From positions 940,048 to 1,004,047 of the forward strand of contig MU057947.1 in NCBI GenBank assembly GCA_013265495.1: a stretch of DNA of 64,000 bases. Direction: 5' to 3'. Both the position numbers and the translations under genes were made by a program. The DNA is from Vicugna vicugna (taxonomy: Eukaryota). This document shows positions 51,640 to 64,000 of the stretch, one piece after another. Positions within the stretch are counted from its first letter, which is position 1, and every line of letters begins with the position of its first letter. The notes beneath the pieces were generated by a model. It worked only from the letters and a program-made list of their open reading frames with translations, had not been told where the DNA came from and did no database searches.

Positions 51640-52760
51640 CTGTCGAAATTATTGAATACTTAATTATATGCTACAAATGATGCTAGTCACTGGGAATATG
51701 GAACAGTGAGGATACAGATAATAAATGATAACATATTGCCAAGGTAATTTCAGATGGTATTAAGTTCTGCAAAAGAAATAAACAGGCAGGCTAGGAAAGA
51801 TGGGGACTCGGGTGAGTGGGGGCTTTATTTGAGGTTGGGCTGCGAGGGTGTATCTAATAAGTCAGAGTTAAAAATGAAAGGTGACAGTCATTGGAAGAGC
51901 CAGGGGAGAGCTTTTAGGCAGAGGGTTAGCAAGTGCAAACTTCAGAGGAGCAGCAGGCCGGTGGGGCTGGAGGGTAGTGATGGAGGGGAGGCTCTGACAT
52001 GAGGTTGCTGAGGTGGGCAAGGGCCAGGCGGCCTTGTGTTGGCTTATTCTAAGTGCATTGACAGTGACGCAGACCAGTTCCTGAGTCGATTTCTCTGGCA
52101 GCTGTGTGGAGAATGGTTTGAAGAGGTAGGAGTGCAGCCAAGGAGTGGGGATGCCAGTTGGGAGGCTGTTTCACTCCGCCAGACGAGAGGTGCCCTGGGC
52201 ACTTGTGGGGAGAACACTGAAATGACATCATGGTCTGAGTCGGCTTATATTTTGGAGGGGGAACCCAGAAGACCTATTGATGGATTGGATGTCGAGGGTG
52301 AAGGAACTAGATTCATTAAGGTTGTCTCCTTTCTGATTTGAGCAACTAGGTGGATTAAATGAGATAGAGGTGCCCTGGGGGGGAACAGGTTTAGTGGGAG
52401 ACATTAGTAGGGATCTGGGTGCAGATGTCCAGTGTGTGGCTTGGAGGTGAGGGGAGAGTCTGGCCTAGATAGAACTTGGGTGTCGGTGCCATATCACAGC
52501 CTAGATCCATGGGCTTGCGTGAGACCACTCTGGGAAAATGAGTGTAGATGACAGAAGTGGACCCAGAAGCATCTCCTGGGACATGCAGCCCTGTGGCGGT
52601 TGGCTGGAGGTGACGGAGGAAGTCAGAGGCTCAGTCGAAGAGTTAGGGCGAAAGAAAACACAGAAAGCCAAGGGCAGGGTATCAGAGGAGGTGGGTGTGG
52701 TCATGCGTACTGAATGGCACTGAAAGGTCAGTACAGTGAGGAAAAAGCAGTGACCGTTGG
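51640..52760 (-). mobile_element. L2 LINE relic
   Basis: ttattgaatacttaattatatgc...ctgggaatatggaacagtga head and a purine-rich body typical of antisense L2. Confidence 0.6.
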
Positions 52761-52779
52761 GTTTGGTGAAAAGGCAATA

Positions 52780-52980
52780 GGGCGTGTGGAGTGGAGTGTG
52801 GCTCTGGAGTCAGACTGCCTTGCTCCACCACGCAGCAGGGTTGTGATCTTGACCAAGGTTATCTGGCCTCTTTCAGTTCCAGTTTCTTCCGGTGATGACA
52901 GCATGTGGTGTGAGGTTAAATGAAGTGAGCACGTGATGTGCAGTTGGAGTGGTGTCTGGCCTAGAGTGCGTCATGACTGT
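52780..52980 (+). mobile_element. MIR SINE
   Basis: ggctctggagtcagactgcct...tgtgatcttgaccaaggtta...gtgaggttaaatga. Confidence 0.7.
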
Positions 52981-55442
52981 AGCCCCTGTTCTCACGGTGG
53001 CCTCTGGTGACCCCTGGTAATTGAAGATGATGGAGAATTCCTCACCTCTGGATTCATCTTGCTGCAGGAACACCTCCCTGCCCTCCTCACCCCTCTCCCT
53101 GCGTGGGAAGGGTCTGAGGTTGGCATGCACGATACAGGAAGCCTGTGTTTCCCCCAAAGGCATTCTGGCTTGGAGTCCATTCTGGAAATGTTCATATTTG
53201 TTTGGTCCTGAAGTCATGTATAAAGCCTATCTTTGAAATTTGATCTTTTTGTTGTTGTTGTTAAGAGTAGAAAAGTTAACCATAGTATGGTGAAAAAAGC
53301 TCAGGCTTTGTAGCCGCTTGAACATGGGTTTGTTTGACAGCCCTGCTGCTTGTCACCGGTGCCTGGACAGGCGGCCCCTTGACCTTGCCCCATGCGGTCA
53401 AGGTGCTAGCACGGCCTGCGCGGTGCAGGCTGTGGAAAGTAAAGGCTGTCGTGGTTTACGGCGCAGTGAACGCCTCTGTGAAAGATAGCTCTTCTGACCA
53501 CCTTTGGTCTCATCTAAATGCACATCATTTTTTAATATTTATACACTTATTTTTTGCTTTCTCTGTTATAACTTGTGTTGTTTCATACCCAACAGCAGTA
53601 TTTCTGAACAGCCTTAGTGCTGCGGAAGTTCCCGACTTCAGATGCCCTTGATGTTCTGGGCAACGGCTTTGCCTTTAATGGTCCTCCTGGTCTGGGCTCA
53701 GGAGGATTTGTCTGTCACCACTGCCTATGTCTGACTGAGATCTTGTCTTCTGGGAGCTCATTTGAGGGGCGCACGTGTACTGATCCTCCTGGCTTCAGCA
53801 GGAGTTTCAAGAGCATCATTTGCCTCCCAGAAGAGCAGTCAGTAAGGGACCCCACTGGGATGCAGCAGGGATATGAGCTCAGCTTTTAAAAGCAGATAGG
53901 ATTTTGTTTGTAAGAGTCAGGATGCTACCTGTTTTGTTCTGGTTGATTAAGACTGTATTATCTTGTTTCTGGTTAGTGTTGCCCGTTGTTTTTGATTTGT
54001 GTGACTTTTCTGTTAGAATCCAGGAGTTCTGGGATGGGGATCTTGACTGAGCTGGCCCAGCGCCTAGTGTGTGGTGGGCACCAACTGGGTGTTAGTCGGA
54101 AGACAGACAGTAACCAACTGCCTTTGTCATCACCTCTCTGCTCCTCTTAGGTCTGAGTGTGGGACTGAATGAAAGAACACAGCACAAAATTTCTCCACCC
54201 TGAGAAGTTAGCGTCTGTTCTGAACAGCTGTCTCTGCTGCTTTCCCTTCTCTCTGTTCTTTTTTTCAGTTTTATTGGACAGTTGACATTAATTTTAAAAT
54301 GTATATAGTTTTTCACATAAATACATTAAAAATGAAAATAATGAAAAATAATGTTTCAAAAGGGTGTTCTAAAGAAAAAAGAATTAAAGTGGCAGAAGAT
54401 GACCCAAGAATATATGCGATCATCCTCGTTCATTTGGGTAGAAACACTGCATTGGTTAAAGCTCTGGATAAAAATAGTATCTCAAGCCCAGTGGAAATCT
54501 TTTCATGCTTGGAAAAATACAGTGTATATATTTTAAAAATTCTTAACAATATGACATCAATAAATTTTATTTCCTACAGGTATATTGTGAATACAGATTT
54601 TTATTGGTTTTAAAAGTTTATATTACATTGACAGTCCTGTGAAGGAAATATACAGTATGTCAGTTTTTCCCACAAATTATACTGTTTATGAAGTCCTACA
54701 TAAAAAGCTTACAGTAATTGTGTTCTAATTATTTAGAAAGTGTGTTACTAAATACGTTTAAATCCATGTATTGGATACCACATCATGTCTTGTTGAACTG
54801 CTTCAAGGAAATTACCAAACAGAATGCGGTCATCTTACTTAAAATGCATTTAAATGTGTGAGTAGACCCAGAAGTAAGTAATTTAGCAAGATGTCTGCTT
54901 GGTGTCCAGCAGCCTGGCAGGAGTTAAAAGTAAAATGTATCAGACATCAATAGTTTATTGAAGAAATACTCCTTTTTGCTTCATAATTTGCAGAAGGCAG
55001 CAACTGTCAGTCATGATGTACTGCCTCTTGAAATTAGTCAATAGAGCAAACAGCAAGAATTGCTGTGGGCAGAAAATAAGCACTGTAATCATGACATAAC
55101 TGGGGTCAGTGATTTATGGATTTCAATATAGTAGTAGCTGCATATGATTGAAAATTTACTAGGTCACTAGTGCACCAAAAATTTTATTCGCAGCCTCCAG
55201 GCATCTTTTGAAATGTGCAACAAAATAAAAACCTCTGAACCTGTTTTGACACCACAGACTCAGTGGATGACATGCCAGCCCAGTGAGTCTCATTTAAATG
55301 TAAATGTGTCATAAACTTTTGTACCATACTCTTTAAAAAAACGTCAGCTACTTGAAAGGATAATGCCTGTGGGACTGATTTACATATTGAAGTAGTAAAA
55401 GGGACCTTCTTATAATCAAGCTTAAATTCTTTTATTTTAAAG

Positions 55443-55517
55443 TTGGAAGCCGAGGCTGTTCCTGAAGTATCTGAAAAATATGAAATTAGTTCTGTTCCCA
55501 CCTTTCTGTTTTTCAAG
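55443..55517 (+). CDS. GLRX3: GLRX3 exon 3 ([25 protein letters not shown])
   Basis: TTTTAAAG acceptor, 75 nt, GTAAGG donor. Confidence 0.97.
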
Positions 55518-56258
55518 GTAAGGATAAAGATGGCAGAAGAGACTGTCTCTGCAGGGGTCCACGGGGCTCTCTGTCTTGGTTCCTTCACCTGCTCCCCTGA
55601 CCCCTGAACGTTAGGCGTTTGGTTACTCCTGGCCTTGTCCTTTCTTCTTGTAGTCTCATTGTTTGCTTGCCCTGGGGGTCCTGGAAAAGTGACCTGGACT
55701 GTGGGGGTCTAGCGATCAAAATTAGAGAAAAATCCAGATGCATGGCTGTAAAATAAACCCAAAATGTCCCCCGAGTTGGGTTAGAATTTGGTTGTTTGGG
55801 GCATATGCCAGGACATAATGAAACATCTGGCTGGTTCTGCTTTGATTAATGACTCTTTTGGGAAGTGAGTGCAAATCTGTGCTTCAGGGCACCCTGGGGT
55901 GTTACCATAGTTTCCCAAATACCTCATTTATACTTAATCATAGATTGATCCCTGCAAGGGTGGGGAAGTCCTTTTTGTTTTAGGTTAGACTCTGCTCTGG
56001 TTTGAGTTTGAGATGTAGCAATGCGTTCCTACCACGTTCCCAAAAAGGAAAAAAAGGACAGCATTTATTTATTTCTAAAATTGAGATGCGTGGCTGGCAA
56101 TTTATAATCAGATATTTTAGAAACTTCTCCAGTAATAGTGCTGACCTCTTCAAAAGTCGGCTAGAACTGTGGATTTGTGCTTGTTATGATCTTGGAGCCT
56201 AAAATACAGAGATGATGAAGGAATGCGTATGTATTCTAAATGACTTTTTTAACTTTAG

Positions 56259-56460
56259 AATTCTCAGAAAATCGACCGATTAGATGGCGCGCATGCCCCA
56301 GAGTTGACCAAAAAAGTTCAGCGACACGCATCCAGTGGCTCCTTCCCACCCAGTGGTAACGAGCACCCGAAAGAAGACCTGAGCCTTCGCCTGAAGAAGC
56401 TGATTCATGCCGCTCCTTGCATGTTGTTCATGAAGGGGACCCCTCAGGAGCCGCGCTGCG
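56259..56460 (+). CDS. GLRX3: GLRX3 exon 4 ([23 protein letters not shown]...[13 protein letters not shown])
   Basis: CTTTAG acceptor, 202 nt, GTAAGA donor. Ends inside the CGFS active-site motif (TGC G|GT). Confidence 0.97.
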
Positions 56461-59400
56461 GTAAGAGCTGCTGCCGGTCCAGGCGCCGGTCCGGGCGCCG
56501 TGAGCAGATGAGCGCCCTCCCGGGTCGGCGAGCCCTTTGCAGGCTGCCCATCCGCCTCGCACTTGGTTCAGGCACCCTTGGAAGAGCGGAAAGGCTGTAA
56601 TTCCCAGTGGGTTCTCTAATTAGGTGATAACTAGTTTGCAGAATAGACTCAGAGAATGCTGGAACCGAAACGCATCTTGGAGATCATCTAAATGAAGATC
56701 TTTGCCGTGTGTTCAGTCCCAGGGACATGGAGGCAGCCTTGTAGCAGTGGGACTAGGTTCCAGCCACCGTGCTGTTGCCTCCATTAATGGGCTTTGGACT
56801 TGTTCAGTTAATTTTGCTCTAACGCTCATCCTCTCTCACAGCACCTCCTTTTCCTCACATAGTCCCCTCCAGCAGCTCACACGTCTGTTCGGGTTGCGGC
56901 AGTGTTCCTGTGTCTGCCCTGCGCGCTTTCCCTTCCCTGTTGTCTCAGCGTCTGGTGCTGCGTTACTCGCCCAGTGCTGTCATTTCCAGTTTACAGCTGC
57001 TTGCGATGTAAAGATTCCTAATTCTGTGGCTTATAGTCACTCTTACTGCCTTACCACTATATGCTTGTAATTTCATCTTTAAGTAAGTTTAAGAGTTGCT
57101 TGACCCCTCTGGTATTGGATTTATGTTGTTTTCTTTTTGCTAAGCCTCATGCAACATTATTATGCTGCGTAATTGAGCGTCTGATGCCTTTTGATGCTGC
57201 TGCTGAGACTCTAAGAGTCTCTGTTTCAGCTGCGCAGGAGGGAATGAGATCGGTGGCAGTGAAGTTGAGTGTGCTGTTGATACGATTATTGCATGTCCAG
57301 TGTGACGTTGTAGAAATAGCCAAGCTCCAATATAAACTTAATTGTAAATTCTTCCTTATATAGTGAACAAATTACATATTAAATTATGAAAAGTTCTAGT
57401 TTAACAAATAAAGTTTCACCGCAAATTCTGTCTTAGAAAGATAAAGAAATTTATCTCTCAGTTCTGCTTGAAAATTTTCCTTGCCAGAATTTACATGTCA
57501 GATGCCTGCTGTTTATGTATGGAAAGGCTCACAGTCTACACGAGAGTGAACCAAAGATGGCAACAGTCTGTGTTTTGGTCGGTTGTTTTTAATGGATACT
57601 GCAACTGGTTCACTTTCTGCCATCAGGCATGAAAATCATTTCTGATACTTTGTGTGGTGACCTGATAACAAGGACTTAACAGCATCGGCCCAGTGGGTTT
57701 ATCCAGTCCCTTCAGTCAGGTCTGCAGTGCTGTGGAGCTGGCTGTGAAATGTGCACGAACCCGCAGGACAGGTTGTATGTAGTAAACCTGTGGTAAAGCC
57801 AGTGCAGTAGTATCTTTTTGGGATCCAACAGTGGCGTTCTCTGAATCTTTTCTGGTGACCTAGTGAAACTGGCAGGCGGTGAGAACTGAAGCTTGGGGAA
57901 GGTGAGGTACTGGAAAGCATCGCTGACTAGGTGTCACAGCAGGTGAGCTGCAGTCCTGACTGCCCCACGCCACCTGCCTCAGTCGCTTGAGGCACAAGTC
58001 AGTTACCTGCCTTGTGCCTTCAGGTCTTCCTTGGTGGTTTTAGGGGTTGGAGCCAATCTCAGAGATCCTTTCCAATTCAGATGTTGTATGGCTGTTCAGA
58101 TAAATTAGAATTATACTTAGAAATAATCATTTTTCTGCTTACCTTTTACTTCATTAGACTGAATTTATGACATATTTTAGCCACTTTTATATTAACTGAG
58201 TGTCATTTAGAAGACTGTATAAATATCAAGTAGACTAAAAGAGCTTTGAAACATTTCAGAGCAACGTGAAAAACACTATTATAGACATTTAGATAATAAT
58301 TAGGAAATTTAAAAAAGATTATTAGATACACATGGTAAAAGTTTCATTCTGTACAAATACCTATTTTATTTTTTATAATTTTTATAACTACATTTTTACA
58401 GGCTTTTCTGTTTTCCACTACTTTGGTTTCTGTTGCATCTCTTTCTGTCACGTGTAGTGAACAGATCGTTTTAGAGTGTTACTCTTTAAAAAAGCGTCTG
58501 CTTGAGGAGGAATTGGAAGAGTCTTATAAGTGACTGCCCTGCCGCTCCCTTCACTGACTGTTCTGCATGCCCTTCTCGGGGGGCACTGCCACACAGACAT
58601 CTTATCTTTAGACTGTTCTCTTATGAGAACACACGTGACTTTCACCCTCTTCCTGTTTAGGGGAAAACTGTTTTTGCTTTCTTGGTGTTACATTAGAGAT
58701 GAGGTGTGGGCAGAGCCTCCTTTCTGAAAGGATGGCCGTCGGCTCTGATGAACTCCAGCGGCCAGTATTTCTGTATTTTGCGCAGAATTCACTTTGAAAG
58801 CACTGCCATCTCCCTTTGACTCCCTTTGTGGAATAGAGCTATGCTTGATTTTTGGTTAGTGGACCCCTACCTTGCTTTCAGTTAATCAGGAAAACGTGGA
58901 TGAATAACATTTAAATTTCCTATCAGGGAAACCTTGAGAGCCATTTCACGGTCTGCCCTGGAGTCTACTTTGGCTTCAGCCCAGCCTCTGCGCTCATCAC
59001 GACTCTGTCTTCTTAACCTTTGCTTCTGGGCTCTGCCTACAGAATTGTGTAGTGTGTTACGAGCCTGACATATTGATAGGGTCTCAGTCGTTAAAGAATG
59101 AGATTATCCTTATTCTCTGCTCCTCGGGAGGACAGGAAAGCAGGCTCTTGTGTTTTAGGACGATTTCCAAGAAGCACTGAGATGCCCATCTTTTTAAACA
59201 GAATGTCAAACCCTTGAATATGCAGGTTAATTAAGTTATTTGGGAACTCTTGTATCTATTTCCATTAACAAAGCTTTTAGCAAAGCAAAAGGTATTTGAA
59301 CTACAGTATAGAAATTTCTCCTGCAGTGAGAGTCCTCTAACTGAGTTTTTACTTTTTCAATCAGACACAAAAGCATTGCAGGTTCCAAGGGTTTTATTGT

Positions 59401-61180
59401 TGTCAGATAGTGATGAAATGTGGCGGTTAGGCCCCTTATTCATGTCTTCTGTCATGAGTAGAAATGATTGTGGATAGAAGTGTTTCTGTGACAGTTAATT
59501 TAAACATGGTTTTTTTACTTTTAAATATTTTTATTACATGCATGCATTTTTCTTCAAAAAAAAGTGTGTAAACATTTTGTTATTAGAATAAAGCCTTCTC
59601 ACTATTTTATCCTTAAGCATAACTTTTCCAGTCTGCCACTTTAACCCTTAAAAATGAAACACTACCAATCAATCTTTCTAGTCTGCATGTAATTGCCTAA
59701 AGCTAAAATAAAGCTTTTCCTCAGCCAGTTACAGTAGAAATGAGTTAATATATTGGCAACAGAATAACCATCAGCAATCAGCCGTTAGCTGTTTACTAAT
59801 GAACTCCCAGATGAATGAAAAAATTTCAGAATCAGTGTTTTACTTCAGGCTGTACATGAACGCAACGCTTGTAGGAAAAGCAGCTCATACGCTACACAAA
59901 TAAATACTGGTGCTTCATCTCAATGAACGGCAGGTCTAAAAATGTCTGGAGCTCAGGAATAGATCCATGTTTTAATAGTAAAAGTGCTTTTGCATGATGT
60001 CAGATAAAACCTATTTGTACAGCTAATCTTACACTGAATTTTGTGATTTGATTTTATTTGAAAATAATTGCAGATGCTGTTAAGTGTTATAGGAATTTTG
60101 AACCTGAAGTATAGGTTATTTTCCAGTGAATTACGACTGTATTTGAAAAGAATGATGGAATGTGAGAGTACAGTACATACTATTGAAAAACAATCAGGAA
60201 GAATTAGCTTATGGAAAGAAAAATAACCTTTTCAAACAAAACTAATAGATTTATAAAAGACTGATATTCACACTTACTCTTCAGTACTAATGTCATAATA
60301 GGAAAATGATGTCAAAAAAGTACAGAACAAAAATGTGTCACAAAAGTATAATAAAATCATGGAACATAAGATTGTCACTACAGTGCAGTAAAAAAAATCA
60401 CATTACATACTACTTTGGGGAATATAAATAGTTTTAAAAAGGAAACTGTCAAGTTATGACACAAGATGAGAGAGTGCCGTCAGTCTGTTGACAGTTCATA
60501 CACAACAGCAGAGAAGATAGCTTTGAAATTCAATGTGCTACATCCATTTTAGACTAAAAGAGAACACTTTTTCTTGATTTTTAATTTATTCTATTGAGGG
60601 ATGGTAAAAATTGAGAACTACTGAAATGGATACTCAGAAAGTAATAAAAGGCCGTGGAAACCAAACAGAATTGGATTCCAAGTATGGTCAAGTAGTAGTT
60701 AAAAATAACTCATGGAGTTTGTTTCATCCACCCGGTGTGGATTCTCGTGGGCACACAGAGCAGCAGTCCCTGGCGGATGGAAGTGCAGGCGCGGAGGTGG
60801 CTGTCCAGGGCTCACCTGAGCCTCCCCTCGGTGGGCGGGGCAGGGGCCCAGGCTCCAGGTCTCCGCTTTTTGGCCGGTACTGTTTCTCCTGCAACAGAAC
60901 TGCCCCTGATACTGAAGAGGAACTCCAGTAAATACACACACACTTTTGTTTTAGTGTGTTAAAAAGTTAAGCCATACCTGAACAGGTGGTATGGTTCTAG
61001 GTCAGGGAAAGGGTTCTTGGAGTTTGTTTTCTCTTTACATACTGTTTAGCCACGTTAATTAAGTCACTAGTGAAACACAGGCAGACATCTATGTTGAGCA
61101 GATACTATGTACTCTAAATTAGTTTTAAATTGTGTGTATGTGAGAGAAGTAAGCTCTTTATTTTCTTCTTCTGTACACAG

Positions 61181-61353
61181 GTTTCAGCAAGCAGATGGTG
61201 GAAATCCTTAACAAACACAATATTCAGTTTAGTAGTTTTGATATCTTCTCAGATGAAGAAGTCCGTCAGGGCCTCAAGACCTATTCCAGTTGGCCCACCT
61301 ACCCCCAGCTCTACGTTTCTGGAGAGCTCATAGGAGGACTCGACATAGTTAAG
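61181..61353 (+). CDS. GLRX3: GLRX3 exon 5 ([58 protein letters not shown])
   Basis: Polypyrimidine tract with ACAG acceptor, 173 nt, GTTAGG donor. Monothiol glutaredoxin domain with WPTYPQL and GGLD motifs. Confidence 0.97.
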
Positions 61354-61587
61354 GTTAGGCCTGAGAAGTCTGTACCTTGCAAAGAGTTTTCCTTTTAAGC
61401 GTGCTTTTTGTTAAGTGCTGTGATAAATGTAAAGTGTGAATTTCTCAATCTATATTTATGAATATGAATCTGAAATAAATACAAAGTATTTCTGGTGACA
61501 TTCACTAATATTCTGTATTCTGGTATGACCAAGGAGGTTTACGTTATAATAAAAATTGTCTTAAACTTACACGTGCATTTGTCTTAG

Positions 61588-61649
61588 GAGCTGGAAGCGT
61601 CTGAAGAACTAGATACGATTTGCCCCAAAGCTCCCAAATTAGAGGAAAG
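61588..61649 (+). CDS. GLRX3: GLRX3 exon 6 (ELEASEELDTICPKAPKLEER)
   Basis: TCTTAG acceptor, 62 nt, GTAAGT donor. Confidence 0.96.
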
Positions 61650-63760
61650 GTAAGTGTTACAGAAGTGTCAGTCTGCTATTTATTATTTTAAAAATATTTT
61701 TAAATTTTCAGTTTTTGCATTCCTCTCTCTATATAGAAATCAGAGATTTGTTTTTGTACGCCACGGTCATACTGTGTCGTTTGCAAACTTGGAGGGGGGC
61801 TCTGATTTGGACTGGAGAAAGTTTTGCATCAGTTTAATGATTATGTGGAGGATGTTCTTTGTTTTCATAGAAATTTTATTACCTCTGCATTACAGAGCTG
61901 GGACCCACGGTCTCGGTGTCCAGGTTTAGTCACTGTCCCTGCTCGTGGCATAGGCTGGGCTTACTCGTGTTTTCCTGCGTGGAGCCCTGCTGCCCCTTGC
62001 TGTCACCACCCTGTGGGGACACTGGGGAAAGTGCCATGTGGGAAGCAAATGCCTTGCCTGGAACTCCTGTGTAAACATTTTGGGGATTTTTCATTGCCTT
62101 TCTAAGAACTGTGATTGCTTAAAATTCAAGGAGACTTTGGAGCTGTAAAATCTGTTTTACGAAGGATCTCAATCCACTTTCGAAGAGATTTTATCTTACA
62201 GGACTTGTAGAATTTGGCCTGTAGGAAGACTTAAAGCTAGGGTTTTAATTGTAGTAAGTATTAACATAGAGGATTAAAAAGCAGTTTATTTTGAAGTACA
62301 GCAGCGTATCAGCCGTTCACAGTTGGGGCTTTGAGTTTGTAGGGCCAATCGTACTCTTGTAGTTTCCTTGCCATTTAACACCTTGAGATTTTCTGAAAGC
62401 ATTTAGTAATAAACACATTGACCTGATTTTGATAATAAAGTGATCCTCGTAAATAGTTTGCATGTATGTCTAGCTAACCTCTTGGTGCCACATTCTCTCA
62501 AATGGTTTGCGCACTTCACTGTCCTTTTGATAAGAAAGGGACGCCTGGCCCTGGGACACTCGGCACCCTCGTCGGGTCCCACTGCTCAGCAGGGCCTGGT
62601 GGCGCACGGGGCTTGTGCGGCCTCGGAAGGCTGCTGCACTTTTTCTGATTTCTTTTTACAAATATGCTTGTATTTGCTTTCAGTTCATTTTCCTCTGTGT
62701 TGAATACACTCTTGCGTTGTCTATGTCCCTGTCTTCATCAGACTTTCTCTCTCTCTTCAGAGTATGCTGCCTTTATATCGCCTGTGATTTCAGAGATCAG
62801 AAGATAACTGGCTAGAATTATATAGAAAGTAAAATTCAATGTATTTTGAGTAATAATTGAAAGGGCTCCAGGAAAGCAGAGTCAGGAGCCCGCACTCCTG
62901 GGCTTGCCAGCGTCTGTGTGGGTGGGCAGAGGGACCTCTCGGTTCCCTGGATGCAGGTAGCTGGGTCAGCAGGTGAGTGAGCGGGAGCTTTCTGAGAATT
63001 AGCAGGTCGCACCCTGTGACGGCTTTGTGCGTGAGCTGTGTGTTCCATTTGTGACGCCTTTGTTCTCTGAGGAGCTGTTGATTCATCAGTGGTCCAGAGC
63101 AGGTGGGAGGAGGTGCTGTGACCACCCTCGGGCCCAGAGGCCGTTCAGCAGCCTGTGGTCCTGATGTGGACTCCTCCTGAGAGTCGCTCCTGGACTGTAG
63201 GCTGTATACAGACAGTTAGCATTCCTGACAGCGAGTTGGATCGTGAGGTTTGAAAGATGGTCCAAAATACCAAACATCAAGTTAGGATGAGCGCATTTGG
63301 TTTTAGCAGCTGGTATTGGCTGGTGTTCCAAGATTTAGTGCTTCCCCTCCAGGTAGGACCTTTTGGGCATTAAGAGCATAGAGCTCTGCACGGTCTCGTG
63401 GTGGAAAAGGGAACACACATGGCTAGTTCTGAAAACTCTGGGCGGGCTCAGTGTGTAGGTCCCTTGCTGAACAGTTCCTTATTGAGTTGGTTGTTATTAC
63501 TTTCTGAGTTCTGTGAGTTGATGGGCTTGAACTGCAACTTGAAGACACATTCGTTGCCTTAAAAAGCCATATTGTGTTTTAGGGTGGCTTGGGGAGCCAG
63601 TGAGATAAGGGAAGACGTCAGTGCATTTGCTTGTTTAATACACTCAAAGCTGTGAACTCTCATCCCGTTGTCCCTCAAAGCTGCGTGTTACCCGTGAAGC
63701 GGAGCGAAGTGATGTTTAATAATTGAGCTGAGCCATTTTATGTCAATTTTCTCTCTTTAG

Positions 63761-63818
63761 GCTCAAAGTACTGACAAATAAAGCTTCTGTGATGCTCTTT
63801 ATGAAAGGAAACAAACAG
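63761..63818 (+). CDS. GLRX3: GLRX3 exon 7 (LKVLTNKASVMLFMKGNKQ), start of second Grx domain; gene continues beyond the window
   Basis: CTCTCTTTAG acceptor, 58 nt, GTAAAG donor; frame continuous with exon 6. Confidence 0.96.
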
Positions 63819-64000
63819 GTAAAGAACTCAAAAATGGTTTTATTTGTAATTTCTTTTGATGTTAACATCTGCAACGAGGGGACACTTAAATCTTTTTTTC
63901 CAGCTTCAGCTAATGAAGCTGTAGTGGTATCAGGAAGTTATACAGGCCTTAATTGGTGCTTATAGAGATCAAACAAAGTAATCTACATTTTGTTTGACTT

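Overview
Mammalian genomic DNA, probably a camelid (inferred from its tRNA-derived SINE and young L1 3' ends). It is syntenic with the human 10q26.3 C10orf143-GLRX3 interval. Two genes point away from each other from two separate CpG islands about 14.7 kb apart. (1) On the minus strand is the poorly characterised small-protein gene C10orf143, with three coding exons in the window: 27085-27017, 2827-2654 and 2546-2484. All junctions are phase 0 and the last exon appears to lie left of the window. (2) On the plus strand are GLRX3 (glutaredoxin-3/PICOT) coding exons 1-7 (41821-63818), and the gene continues past the right edge. The rest is intron or intergenic sequence with nested old and young L1s, tRNA-derived SINEs, MIR/L2/MaLR/MER33 relics and a 21-22 bp minisatellite. 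The most notable observations are a near-perfect 149-bp tandem duplication in the GLRX3 CpG island that doubles an AP-1/ARE motif, an orphan polyadenylated retro-insert of about 500 bp nested in an L1, the CxxC-bearing C10orf143 microprotein with a ZNF143/CCAAT promoter, a candidate alternative exon in its first intron, and PBX-HOX/MEIS enhancer-like sequence in GLRX3 intron 2. I found no prokaryotic-type system (CRISPR etc.) and nothing I can confidently call a new biological system. Gene and repeat family names come from recall, not from a database search.
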